Shown: one piece after another, positions 46,137 to 55,340 of the stretch | How the letters are laid out: each line of letters opens with the position of its first letter | Position numbering within the stretch: the stretch's first letter is position 1 | Virus record (IMG/VR): IMGVR_UViG_3300037549_000080 | Span: 1-59,762 of that record | Direction: 5' to 3' (one strand) | DNA from: a virus | Taxonomy: Duplodnaviria; Caudoviricetes | Length of the DNA: 59,762 nucleotides | Notes under the pieces: model-generated | Seen by the model: the letters and a program-made list of their open reading frames with translations, nothing else | Databases searched by the model: none | What the model was told of the DNA's origin: nothing | Translations under genes and position numbers: made by a program

Positions 46137-47217
46137 AAACTTCTGCCTTGTACTTCAGCTGCCGGGTGATGCATTCCATGGCGTCAACGTCATCGCGTTT
46201 GAACGTCTCGCCCGTCATGCACGGGCTGGGTTGATACAGCACGCCTGTCGCCTTCAGGGCGTACAGGTACTTGATTTCCACGACGTCGCCAACCTTCAGC
46301 GTTTCAATCAGGCCACGCTTTAGCACCGTCACGTTGCCGCAGGACACCCACGCATTGCCGTTGAATAGCTCGCACTCAATGCTCAACGCACCGCCGGGCC
46401 GCAGCGTGCGCACCCGCGCTGAGAGGCTTTTCCAGAACTTGCACTTGAACTGCGTATCGGTGTAGCCCACTTGGAACGCGGCATCACGGCGCTTGAACAC
46501 GATACCCTCTTTGCCGCCGTGCTTCAGGTCGTTAAACATCTTGCGCTTTTCTTCCTTGGTGAACGCCGTGGGCACCACCCGCACCGGCGTGTCGGTCCAC
46601 GGGAACAGGTTGATTGCTTTGGCCAGCCGGTGACTGTACGGTTCAGAGGTTATGTCCTGCCCGTCCAGCCCGGCCCAGCTCGTCAGGTTGTGGACATGGT
46701 AAACGTCACCAATGTGTTCCGCGCTGGCAATGAAGTCCCGTTTGGCCATGATGGCTTGGTCATGCACCGGGCCGGGCGTGGGAACTATCTGCCCCTTTTT
46801 GTTCGCGCTGGTCACCACCATATTTTTCAGCCGCAGCGTCTTGTTCCGGCCGTCCAGCTTTTCCTGTGCGCAATAGGCGTCATCGTTGATGTACTGCTCC
46901 GCATCTTCCTCGCTGATGTCCGTCAGCAGCTGGGGCAACATTTCGGCGTCCACTTCCTTGGCTGTTTCACCCACCGGGGCGGCGGCCGGTTGCTCGTCCA
47001 TCTTGTAACCCTTAGCCACCTTTTCTTTCACTAGGCGGTTGAAGATGTCCTGTGCCTGTGCCCGCGTGACTTCCAGCGGCGTCTTGGTGCCGCAGGTCAG
47101 GGCGCTGCCCCGGCGGCCGTATTGGAAGTTCACCACGTAGCCGTGACCTTTCGGCTCAAGCTGCACGTGGTACTCTTTGTCACTGGTGCCCGACTGGTAT
47201 CTCAATGTCATTTTCAT
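46132..47217 (-). CDS. WGR-domain ATP-dependent ligase
   Basis: SDKEY...YGRRG (WGR); QEKLDG motif I; EGIVFKR; KCKF; C-terminal OB fold. Confidence 0.88.
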   Translation of the reverse strand: MKMTLRYQSGTSDKEYHVQLEPKGHGYVVNFQYGRRGSALTCGTKTPLEVTRAQAQDIFNRLVKEKVAKGYKMDEQPAAAPVGETAKEVDAEMLPQLLTDISEEDAEQYINDDAYCAQEKLDGRNKTLRLKNMVVTSANKKGQIVPTPGPVHDQAIMAKRDFIASAEHIGDVYHVHNLTSWAGLDGQDITSEPYSHRLAKAINLFPWTDTPVRVVPTAFTKEEKRKMFNDLKHGGKEGIVFKRRDAAFQVGYTDTQFKCKFWKSLSARVRTLRPGGALSIECELFNGNAWVSCGNVTVLKRGLIETLKVGDVVEIKYLYALKATGVLYQPSPCMTGETFKRDDVDAMECITRQLKYKAEVS

Positions 47218-47220
47218 AAT

Positions 47221-47844
47221 TTAAATCGTTGTGAATTTCTTGGCATCCGGCATCCGGTTGCACGCTTCAATGAACAGCAGCCCGTACGTCAACCATCCGC
47301 TGGGCGCACCGCGCAGCGTGTACTGCGGGGTCGGCGTCACTTGCAGCAGGTTCTTTACCGCCATCGCCGTGGTGCCACCTTTTTTTAACTGTTTGATTTT
47401 GGCCTTGATGTTGTCTTCCAAGGCGGCCTCGAAAGGTGTCATACGAATTTTCTCTGGTTGATTTGCTCCGCTAAATCCAGCACCACGCGGGCCAGCCCCT
47501 GCGGCGTCTTGGTGATGTATCCGCCACCCATGTAGTAACGGCCACCAATCCGGCTGCCTTCCGCCGTGGCACGCAGCAGGAACACTTCCCGCCAGCTTGG
47601 CACCGCAGGCGCTCAGATAGTTATCGTCAGGTTCCGGCAGCTGGTGCGGCACCAGCTCGCTCACCACGTCCGCCACCTGCTCCGCGATGTGTTCCCGCAC
47701 CAGCTTGCGCAGGTTGGTACTCAGTTGAAAGTCCTGCCCATCCAGCAGATCTTCGATGGCCTTAACGGCGTCATCCACCCGGCAGTTCTCGTAATCGTTT
47801 AACTGCACCAAGTTCGGGCAGTTGGCTTGCATTTCACGTTTCAT
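47221..47844 (-). CDS. Hypothetical; probably two or three small genes (separate gene 47221-47442)
   Basis: A +1-frame ORF 47439-47603 ends in an ATGA overlap with MTPFEAAL. Confidence 0.5.
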   Translation of the reverse strand: MKREMQANCPNLVQLNDYENCRVDDAVKAIEDLLDGQDFQLSTNLRKLVREHIAEQVADVVSELVPHQLPEPDDNYLSACGAKLAGSVPAACHGGRQPDWWPLLHGWRIHHQDAAGAGPRGAGFSGANQPEKIRMTPFEAALEDNIKAKIKQLKKGGTTAMAVKNLLQVTPTPQYTLRGAPSGWLTYGLLFIEACNRMPDAKKFTTI

Positions 47845-47972
47845 GGTCTTGTCTTTCGTTGTTTGTTGTTCGTTCCGGCTTGCCCGGCGGCTTTGCTGCC
47901 CGCCCCGGCTTACCTACAGATACAATAGCAGCTTATCCGCTGCATTGTCCAGAAGTATTTTCAACTATTTTT
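47845..47972 (-). promoter_or_regulatory. Early promoter-operator-hairpin-leader cassette 4
   Basis: TGGACA-ATGCAGCGGATAAGCTGC-TATTGT, GC stem, GAACGAACAACAAACAACGAAAGACAAGACC-ATG. Confidence 0.8.
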
Positions 47973-48100
47973 AAGCCAGCACCATCGCCATGGCTTCCGG
48001 CGTCCAGTTGTGAGCGTCCGCAGCTTGGTTGGCAGCCCACCGTTCACGCAACTCGGCTTCCAGCGCGGCGGCCGGGCTGGTGAAGTCTAAATCAATTTGG

Positions 48101-50200
48101 TCATTTTGCATTGCCATAAATCTCCGGGAACAGGTCACCCACCTGCCGGCGGTACTTCCTCGCCAGCCGCACCGCCTCCGCCCCTTGCCTCGGCGTCAGC
48201 TGGTTTTGATAGGCTAGGTGGTGGCCATACTTTACATCAAACTTGCCGAACCCTTCAGCGTTAATCGTGCTGGCTCGGTCCGCGTCCATGCCGGCCAGCT
48301 GCTGCATCGCCCGGTGCGCCCGGTCAATCTGGTCACGGGTCAGGCGCAGCGCCAGCTTGTCCGTTTCCTCACGCCGGGCCGCTTTCTTTGCCTCGGCCGG
48401 GCTGGGCGTAAACGTCACGCTCGTCGCCCCGTTGCTTTCCCGGCGCGTCACCGTGGCCGCCGGCGTCACGTTGGTCAGCGCCAGCCGGGCCTCGGCCTCA
48501 AGTTTGAAATCAACCTCGCCGCGCAGCCGCAGCACTTCGTCGGGCAGCCCGTCATTGAGAATATCAATCCGGCCAATCTTTTCGTTCACGCCCTTGCACA
48601 CCGCCTCTTCAATCGTGCCGGCCGCGAAAAATATCCGCTGGATGCTCTTGGCACCCTTGGCTCGCCACACCCGGCCCAGCGCCTGCTTCATGTCCTGCCC
48701 GCTCCACGTTGGAAAGATGATGCTCGCCCGCATGCGGCTCGTCGGGCTGCCGTGCAAACTGACACCCACGCCGCCCGCCTGTATGATGGCCAGTATCACA
48801 TGCTGCTGGTCGGCTTGGAAGGCGTCAATGTTGCCCTGCCGCTCCGCCTCAGTCTGCCCGCCTTTGATTAGGCACTTGGTGCCCAGCTTTTCGGACAGGG
48901 CGGCCAGTGTCTCGGTGAAGTTCACAAACACTGCCACGCTCATGCCTTCTTCTATCAAATCTTCAACCATCGCCACCACCGCCGGCACCTTGATTATCTC
49001 CGTCCGCTGCCGGGCGCGTAGCATCTCTGTCAGTATGCAGGCTTGCTTCTTGGCATCTTCCATTTCGCTGGCTGCAATCCGGGCAATCTCTTCGGCCATT
49101 TCTTCGTTCACCCGGTTGATGGCGGCTGCATCGCATTCGTAGCACTCTGCGGTTATTTGAGTTTCCGGGAACTGGTCACCTAGGTCGGCTATCCGTATGC
49201 GGGTACCGTGCAGCGGGAAAATGCTCTTATGAATCTTGGCCAGCGCCTCGCGGCCGCCGGTGAATTCCATCCCCCAGTTGCCCCGGCTGACCCCGTTCCG
49301 CAGCATCCACGGGTAAAACTCATGCTCGCTTTTAATCAGCCCGGCCACCCGCGCCGAAAACTTCATCTGCATCGGGTTGTCAGCCGCCGTCGCGCTCAGG
49401 CCCAGCACCTTGTATCCTTGACGCAGCGCAGCCAGCCCCAGCTGGGCGTTCAACGTCTTGGCGTTTTTCATGCGATGGCACTCGTCAAAAATAATCACTG
49501 TGTCGGCCGGCAGGTGCCACAGGAACTCCTGATACTTTTCCACCGACTTATCCCGCTTATTCCGGGTCTTGTTTTCCAGTGAGCAAACCGGCAGCGTGCC
49601 CCGGCGAAGCATTTCATAGTTCTCGCATCCGGCCAGCTGCACCCCGTAGTGGGCCGCCGCCCGCTTCCAGCTGGTCCGCACCGCCAGCGGGCACACAATG
49701 AACGCCTTCAGCCCCAGCACGGCACAGGCTGCGAGATTCACGTACGTCTTGCCGGTGCCCGTGTCGCTGGCGTCCAGCGCCGAACCGTAGTCCAGCAGCG
49801 CCCGCGCCTGCCGGCGAACACTGGGCACCTGATACGGTATGCACAGCGGTTCAACGGCCGCCAGATTGGCGTGGTACTCCACCGGCAAATCCGCCAGCGC
49901 CCCGGATAGCGCCCGTTCCATTTCAGCGCGCTCCGCATCTTGCTTGGCCTTGCGCTCGGCATCTTTGGCCGCCTGTGCGGCCGGGTCGGTGGATTGCCAC
50001 CAGCACACTTCCCAGACGCCTTGGTACTGGCCGCAGGATATTCCGGCCGCCCGCAGCTGTTCCTTGGCCTCACGCCACACGCCCCAGAAGGCTTGGCTCG
50101 GCGGTGCCTTGCGCAGCATCTTGTCACCCGCCCGGGTCGGCACCAGCTTGGCCTCGCCCCAAGGCAGCAAGGTCTTGATGTCAATGGTGGTCGCTTGCAT
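48101..50200 (-). CDS. SNF2-like SF2 helicase
   Basis: DTGTGKT, IFDECH, LSAT, GGVGVSLH, QALGRVWR. Confidence 0.9.
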   Translation of the reverse strand: MQATTIDIKTLLPWGEAKLVPTRAGDKMLRKAPPSQAFWGVWREAKEQLRAAGISCGQYQGVWEVCWWQSTDPAAQAAKDAERKAKQDAERAEMERALSGALADLPVEYHANLAAVEPLCIPYQVPSVRRQARALLDYGSALDASDTGTGKTYVNLAACAVLGLKAFIVCPLAVRTSWKRAAAHYGVQLAGCENYEMLRRGTLPVCSLENKTRNKRDKSVEKYQEFLWHLPADTVIIFDECHRMKNAKTLNAQLGLAALRQGYKVLGLSATAADNPMQMKFSARVAGLIKSEHEFYPWMLRNGVSRGNWGMEFTGGREALAKIHKSIFPLHGTRIRIADLGDQFPETQITAECYECDAAAINRVNEEMAEEIARIAASEMEDAKKQACILTEMLRARQRTEIIKVPAVVAMVEDLIEEGMSVAVFVNFTETLAALSEKLGTKCLIKGGQTEAERQGNIDAFQADQQHVILAIIQAGGVGVSLHGSPTSRMRASIIFPTWSGQDMKQALGRVWRAKGAKSIQRIFFAAGTIEEAVCKGVNEKIGRIDILNDGLPDEVLRLRGEVDFKLEAEARLALTNVTPAATVTRRESNGATSVTFTPSPAEAKKAARREETDKLALRLTRDQIDRAHRAMQQLAGMDADRASTINAEGFGKFDVKYGHHLAYQNQLTPRQGAEAVRLARKYRRQVGDLFPEIYGNAK

Positions 50201-50203
50201 AGG

Positions 50204-50407
50204 TCAGCGCGTAAAGGGTTGCGATAACTCCCACTGCTTCAGGGTTTCCCTAATCTCTTGGGCGTGCGCCTTGGCGAGCTTCAGGCAGGTTGGTTTGTGG
50301 CCGCTGCCATCACGTATCATGCCGCACAGGAACTTAATCATGTTCCTGTGGTGCGCAATTACGTTCCGGTAAATCTGCGCCGCTTCCTGCTCTCTTTGGT
50401 CTTTCAT
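50204..50407 (-). CDS. Hypothetical protein
   Basis: First gene after promoter cassette 3. Confidence 0.65.
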   Translation of the reverse strand: MKDQREQEAAQIYRNVIAHHRNMIKFLCGMIRDGSGHKPTCLKLAKAHAQEIRETLKQWELSQPFTR

Positions 50408-50512
50408 GGTCTTGTCGTTGTTAGTTGTTCGTTCGGCCCGCTGGGCACCGTGCCCACCGCAACCGTGCAGATAGTATGCAGTATATCCGCTGCATTGTCA
50501 ACACCTATTTTT
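50408..50512 (-). promoter_or_regulatory. Early promoter-operator-hairpin-leader cassette 3
   Basis: TTGACA-ATGCAGCGGATATACTG-CATACT (17-bp spacer), stem, GAACGAACAACTAACAACGACAAGACC-ATG. Confidence 0.88.
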
Positions 50513-50656
50513 GACGCCTTTCGGCCTGCCCGGCAGGGCTGGCAACCGGCCGCAGTGCGGGCACCGGCCCGGCCGTGGCTTCATCGTCCCGCAATGCCGG
50601 CACAGGAACCGGGCGGTGCGGCGGCTGTGGTAGATGCTTTTCTGGTGACCGGTCAT
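50498..50656 (-). CDS. Small Zn-ribbon protein (CRHC...CPHC)
   Basis: ATGA overlap; two CxxC. Confidence 0.5.
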   Translation of the reverse strand: MTGHQKSIYHSRRTARFLCRHCGTMKPRPGRCPHCGRLPALPGRPKGVKNRC

Positions 50657-50979
50657 GGCCATTGGTTGCTGCCCTGCGTCCGCATCCAGCGCAACGTCGA
50701 GGCCAGCGCGGAGTACCCGCTGCCGTTGGTGAGCGCGGCCATTTGGTCGCACAGGTCGCGGGGCTGCACTTCCTCGGTTTCCGGTATGTCGCCGCCGTGG
50801 CGGTACAGGCACGGGATGCAGATCGCGTAATACTCCCGCTTGCACTTCGGGCATTTCTGCATGACCGCTATCGGCAGGAGCGTGTTCATCGCCAGCCGCT
50901 CCTCGCTGAACACCTTGGTCAGCACCAAGCCCCAGCCGATTATCCATTCCCATTCACGCCGTGTCATTTCATTTTCCAT
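50653..50979 (-). CDS. Hypothetical Cys-containing protein
   Basis: CPKC...CIPC; packed ORF. Confidence 0.55.
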   Translation of the reverse strand: MENEMTRREWEWIIGWGLVLTKVFSEERLAMNTLLPIAVMQKCPKCKREYYAICIPCLYRHGGDIPETEEVQPRDLCDQMAALTNGSGYSALASTLRWMRTQGSNQWP

Positions 50980-51412
50980 ACTTGACCATTAAGTTTAGGC
51001 ACCTGATTGCATAGTCATGCTCATCCGGCCGCTGGTGCCGCAGGTGCGCCGGGCAGTGCCAGAGCAGGAACCATTCGTAATCCGTTGGCGTCCGGCCAAA
51101 GACCTGGATGCGTCTAGCCATCACCAGCTCGTCCACCGCCCGCTCAGTCACCGGGTTCCATGCGGCCGACAGCGGCAGCTTGGTCGCCTTGCGCCATTCG
51201 CCCGGCAGTATCTGGTTCCGGCCGACCTCGCCGTGGGTGCCGACCTTGGTGCCATCTTCAACGTCGCCCAGCGCCAGCCACCGAGCCTGCTCCGCCGGGA
51301 ATGTAACCTGTAGCCGGGGAGCAGGCTTTGGTTGGTTTGTCGCGGCCGGTTGCCCGCCCACCAGCGGCACAGCGCCGAGCGCAGTCATAAATATCAGGGC
51401 GAATATTTTCAC
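50969..51412 (-). CDS. Signal-peptide protein with lysozyme/lytic-transglycosylase-like motifs
   Basis: VKIFALIFMTALGAVPLVGG; W.AL..VE.G...G..GEVGRNQI...W; LLWH.PA. Confidence 0.5.
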   Translation of the reverse strand: MKIFALIFMTALGAVPLVGGQPAATNQPKPAPRLQVTFPAEQARWLALGDVEDGTKVGTHGEVGRNQILPGEWRKATKLPLSAAWNPVTERAVDELVMARRIQVFGRTPTDYEWFLLWHCPAHLRHQRPDEHDYAIRCLNLMVKYGK

Positions 51413-51414
51413 TT

Positions 51415-51879
51415 TCAGTAGGCAAAATATCCCAGTTCCCGCAGGCTGCAATATCCTTTTCCCTTTTGCGCATCGCCCACAATCACGTGGTCGCACAATT
51501 CGATTTTCAGCAGCTGCCCGCACCGGATTAAGTCGCGGGTAACTTTGATGTCAGCCTCGCTCGGTGAGCTTTCGCCGCTGGGGTGGTTATGCATCAGGAT
51601 GATGCTCGCAGCGCTCATGCCAATGGCCGGCTTGAACACTTCCCGCGGATGCACCAGTATCGTGTCCAGCGTGCCGGTGCTGATGACCGTGTGGCCGGTC
51701 AGGCGCTTGCGGCTGTTCAGGCATATCAACACCAAGGTTTCGACGTCTTGGTTGAAGCGCGGGTCAGTGGCCACGTACTGCCGCCAGTAGTTCACCACCA
51801 TATCCGGCGTGTCACAGATTGGGTCCGCCACCGGGCACTCCCGCAGCGTCATCACTTTGAATTCGATTGGTTGTTTCAT
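51415..51879 (-). CDS. radC: RadC-like JAB domain protein
   Basis: GTLDTILVHPREVFKPA, HNHPSG...PSEADI..T, CDHVIVG. Confidence 0.93.
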   Translation of the reverse strand: MKQPIEFKVMTLRECPVADPICDTPDMVVNYWRQYVATDPRFNQDVETLVLICLNSRKRLTGHTVISTGTLDTILVHPREVFKPAIGMSAASIILMHNHPSGESSPSEADIKVTRDLIRCGQLLKIELCDHVIVGDAQKGKGYCSLRELGYFAY

Positions 51880-52103
51880 GATAGCTCTTTCAGCTGTTCA
51901 GCGGCGTGGTGTTCACAGATGCCGTGCGATGTCTTGTAACCGGCGGCAATCAATTTTTTCGTTTCCCTCTTATCCGGGTCACACCACGCGCACACCGTCA
52001 GGGTCGTTCCGGCCGGCAACGCTGTGAAGTTTTCCGTTCTTACATACCCGATGTCCGGGTTAAAAATGCAGGGCTGTCCGTTGTGCTCAAGTGATTTTAT
52101 CAT
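51876..52103 (-). CDS. Small Zn-binding protein (VCAWC...SHGIC)
   Basis: Motif; ATGA overlap. Confidence 0.65.
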   Translation of the reverse strand: MIKSLEHNGQPCIFNPDIGYVRTENFTALPAGTTLTVCAWCDPDKRETKKLIAAGYKTSHGICEHHAAEQLKELS

Positions 52104-52106
52104 AAA

Positions 52107-52364
52107 TCATCCCATCTGGGTTATGCACCGGCAGCAGCTGCACATCCAGCCGTGCGTTCCGGTGACCGGGTTGCGAAAGTAAACCTGCTCGCCCTCAGGC
52201 TTGCACTGGCACCAGCTGTCACGCAGGAACTTGAAATTCACGGCCGCTGCGGCCAGTGCGACTTGGTCGTGGTCACCTGCCATGCTCAGCGGCCCTGTGG
52301 CCATTGCCAGTTCGGTTAGGCGGCTGTCGGTGCCGGGTTCCATTGTCCAAAGATTGGCGTTCAT
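52107..52364 (-). CDS. Hypothetical Cys-rich protein
   Basis: WCQC...HGWMCSCC. Confidence 0.6.
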   Translation of the reverse strand: MNANLWTMEPGTDSRLTELAMATGPLSMAGDHDQVALAAAAVNFKFLRDSWCQCKPEGEQVYFRNPVTGTHGWMCSCCRCITQMG

Positions 52365-52365
52365 A

Positions 52366-52593
52366 TTAGTCGTTGTAAATGGTGGCGATTACCAACGTCA
52401 GCGGCACTTGGTAGCGCTCGCACAGCCCGGCATCCTGCGGCCGGGTGGGCAGGTGCTTGAAGGTGCCGTAAATCGGCAGCGTAAACTCAGCCGGCCACTG
52501 GCCCGGTGCCCATTGCAGGTCTGATGCATCGCAGCTTAGTTCCAGCGCACCCAGCCGGGTGGTCTGCGTAAATGTGTCAAGGTTACATGTCAT
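52366..52593 (-). CDS. Hypothetical protein
   Basis: First gene after cassette 2; DASDL..PG.WP...IYND. Confidence 0.65.
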   Translation of the reverse strand: MTCNLDTFTQTTRLGALELSCDASDLQWAPGQWPAEFTLPIYGTFKHLPTRPQDAGLCERYQVPLTLVIATIYND

Positions 52594-52710
52594 AGTCTTG
52601 TCGTTGTTAGTTGTTCGTTCCGGCCGGGCCTGCCACCGTGGCCTGCCCTAACCGTACTGACAATATGCAGTATATCCGCTGCATTGTCCAGAACTATTTT
52701 CAGTTATTTT
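52594..52710 (-). promoter_or_regulatory. Early promoter-operator-hairpin-leader cassette 2
   Basis: TGGACA-ATGCAGCGGATATACTG-CATATT, stem, GAACGAACAACTAACAACGACAAGACT-ATG. Confidence 0.85.
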
Positions 52711-52719
52711 GCGGCCGGT

Positions 52720-54459
52720 TTACTGGCCGCTGCCCAGCAGCAGCCGGGCGTCACCGGTGCCCAGCTGCACGTTGGTCTTGAAGTATTCGGCGGCTTTCGG
52801 GTCATCCAGTTCCTCCGCCGCTTCCTTGCCCGTGCGCAGCCAGCCCCGGAGCCGGCCGTGTTCCACGTTCAACGCCAGCATGAAATCCTTGTTCAACCGC
52901 AGATGCACGTTGCCATTCAGGAAGGCCCGGCAGTCGAACAGCAGCTTGCCGGCACCCAGCGGCGTCATATAGAAGTTCTCCGTCTTGCCCGGTGTCCAGC
53001 CGGTGCGGCCGGAATAGATCAGTCGCGGTTCGCTGGTGTTGTTCTGGAAACCAAGGTTGCGAGCCAGTGTCCCTAGGTCTTGCAGGAAGCTGGCCGATGA
53101 CTCATTCAGCTCTGAATCCCGCCACGTTGACCGCATGCCGCCGCCCAGCCGGTGCGACACAATCCGGTAATCCAGCGCGTAGTGACTGTTCGGGTCGGCT
53201 TCGTCCCGGCCGCGCCACCGGTTTTCCACCCAGACCCGGTGATTGCTCTTGTACAGCGTCACGTTGGCTTTCTCCACCATCTGCTCGTAGGTTTCCAGCA
53301 GCTGCGAATCAATGTACCGGTTCGCGTTCTTGATTACCCACAGCACCACTTCAAGGATGTTGTCCACGGTGAAGTCCACCTGCACATGCTTTTGAAGCGT
53401 TTCCAGCAGCTGCTTCCGGCTCTTGTTGGTCAGGCGCTCGGTGATGGCGTTCAGGTGGTCGAACAGCTCTTTCCAGTAATCGTTGCGCAGCCCGGCCAGA
53501 CGCAGCTTGAGGCATTGCATGATTTTGTCCGGGAAGATTTCAAACTCACGCAGGAGATCCACATCCAGGTCGGACACCAGCCGGTAGTTCTTATTCACGT
53601 GTTCCATTTCGGCGTTGTACAGCTGCACCAGCGCCTCGGGATAGTTCGGGCCCACCACCAGCGAATGGAACGGCCGCACCCGGCCGCCCTTGGTCTTTTC
53701 CTCACTGAAACCGTGGTCGGGTTTCTCTGGCTCGGCGGCCTTGAACCGGTTGATTAGGTCGGCAAACTGCTCCTTGAAGAATCGGCCAAACGCATCGTCT
53801 TTGTCTCGGTCGTACCGGTCAACCCGGTACCGGATGCTGAGCAAGTCCACCTTGGCGCGGGCCTTGCGGTCTTCCGCATCTTCAAAGTCAAAGCTGCCCA
53901 CCTTGACTGCTTCAACCTCGCGGAATTGCAGCGCGTCAAGGATTTCTATGCTGCCTTCCCAGCGCCGGGGCAGCAGCAGATACACCACCCGGCAGGATGC
54001 CTCCCGGATAATCTTTTCGGCCCATGGGACAAACTGGCTGTAAGGCGGGTTGCAATAGATGATGTCCACCGGCTTCGAGAGCAGGCTTTGTTCTTCAAAC
54101 TTGGTGCCCACCACCAAGACTTCATTCGGCAGTTCGGCGCAAAGGATATGCGACTTTTCAATGGCATGCAAATTGTTCACTCCGCATTTCTCTTTGACGG
54201 CCATTAACACCTTGCCGTTGCCGGCCCCGATGTCCAAGATGCTGCTCTTGCCTTCGCGGTCATCGTCCCGGTGGCCATGCTCGTTCACGTACACCAGCCC
54301 GATGTCCCGGCACAGCGCCATGATGATTTCATTGGTGGTCGGGTACCACTCATGGTCTTCACCCGCCTGCTTCAGTTCCTCGACCAGCTTGCGCGGCGTG
54401 GTGAAGCTGCCGGATGCGGCCGCCGGTTCAAAGGTCAGGCCGGGCTGGGTGGCGGTCAT
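52720..54459 (-). CDS. Class I SAM-dependent DNA adenine methyltransferase (DUF4942-type)
   Basis: EWYPT, ILDIGAGNG, CNPPYS, C-terminal AFLNGNVHLRL. Confidence 0.85.
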   Translation of the reverse strand: MTATQPGLTFEPAAASGSFTTPRKLVEELKQAGEDHEWYPTTNEIIMALCRDIGLVYVNEHGHRDDDREGKSSILDIGAGNGKVLMAVKEKCGVNNLHAIEKSHILCAELPNEVLVVGTKFEEQSLLSKPVDIIYCNPPYSQFVPWAEKIIREASCRVVYLLLPRRWEGSIEILDALQFREVEAVKVGSFDFEDAEDRKARAKVDLLSIRYRVDRYDRDKDDAFGRFFKEQFADLINRFKAAEPEKPDHGFSEEKTKGGRVRPFHSLVVGPNYPEALVQLYNAEMEHVNKNYRLVSDLDVDLLREFEIFPDKIMQCLKLRLAGLRNDYWKELFDHLNAITERLTNKSRKQLLETLQKHVQVDFTVDNILEVVLWVIKNANRYIDSQLLETYEQMVEKANVTLYKSNHRVWVENRWRGRDEADPNSHYALDYRIVSHRLGGGMRSTWRDSELNESSASFLQDLGTLARNLGFQNNTSEPRLIYSGRTGWTPGKTENFYMTPLGAGKLLFDCRAFLNGNVHLRLNKDFMLALNVEHGRLRGWLRTGKEAAEELDDPKAAEYFKTNVQLGTGDARLLLGSGQ

Positions 54460-54746
54460 TTGGCACCGCCTTTCGGAATCTTGCTGACCGCATTGGCCAG
54501 CAGCACGTAGTTCGCCGCTTGCATCAGCGCCAGCCCGGCCCCGAGGCGCGGTTCCTGCCTCATCGCTGGGTCAATGTTGAGGTAGCTCTCTACCTGCTGC
54601 CGGTTCCACGGGCTGCCGCCGGACGGCGGCGTGGCTGTGTTCATGCGCTTCAGGATGGCCGTCTTGGCACCCCGGGTCTTGGCGCAGTATTCTGCTATGG
54701 GCGTGATGGTGTCCTGCCACAGCTGTACCGATGTTCTCTTTTTCAT
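54456..54746 (-). CDS. Putative Cro-like HTH regulator
   Basis: WNRQQVESYL...RQEPRLGAGLAL; 96 aa; start reassigned to MKKRTS. Confidence 0.5.
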   Translation of the reverse strand: MKKRTSVQLWQDTITPIAEYCAKTRGAKTAILKRMNTATPPSGGSPWNRQQVESYLNIDPAMRQEPRLGAGLALMQAANYVLLANAVSKIPKGGAK

Positions 54747-54778
54747 TGATGGTGTCTTTCGTGTTTGGTTGCGGTTGG

Positions 54779-55273
54779 TTAGTCTTTGCAGAATTGGTCC
54801 ACGTGTTCGGCCAGCGCCATCAGTTCCTCGGCCACACCGTTCAGCCGCCGCATACGGTCCCAGTGCTGGTCCTGCGCCGCCTTGAGCGCGGCCACCCCGC
54901 AGCCGCCGTCCTGAGGGTAATAGTCCCGGCCGTTCGGGTGGCACTTTTTCAGCGCTTCCTTGGCCAGCTCCACCGCCCGGCGGGCCTCAAGGTAATCGGT
55001 GCGAAGGTCGGCCGGGCTGGTGCCGTTGCTGTGGCACGTGGGTCGCGCCATGATGCCGCTCAGGGCCACCAATTGCTTTCCGCCGGCCAAGTATTTTTCG
55101 AACTCAAGGTCGTAGAACACCGCGTGGTTCAGTTCCACTTCCTCAAACTTGTGGATTTTGTACCCAGCCGGCAGGTGGAGCAACTCCTGTGCGTCCGCCT
55201 TTGACCCGGCCCACAGCACCCCGTGAATCAATCCGCCGCCCGGCCGCTCAATTTGAACTTTGAATTTTTTCAT
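54779..55273 (-). CDS. Hypothetical protein
   Basis: NGTS...PNGRDYYPQ motif; good codon usage. Confidence 0.7.
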   Translation of the reverse strand: MKKFKVQIERPGGGLIHGVLWAGSKADAQELLHLPAGYKIHKFEEVELNHAVFYDLEFEKYLAGGKQLVALSGIMARPTCHSNGTSPADLRTDYLEARRAVELAKEALKKCHPNGRDYYPQDGGCGVAALKAAQDQHWDRMRRLNGVAEELMALAEHVDQFCKD

Positions 55274-55340
55274 AAATTATCAGGTTATCAGTTTGCCCGC
55301 CCGCCCCGGCGCGTCACCGGAGCGGGCTGCGGGCGGTTGG

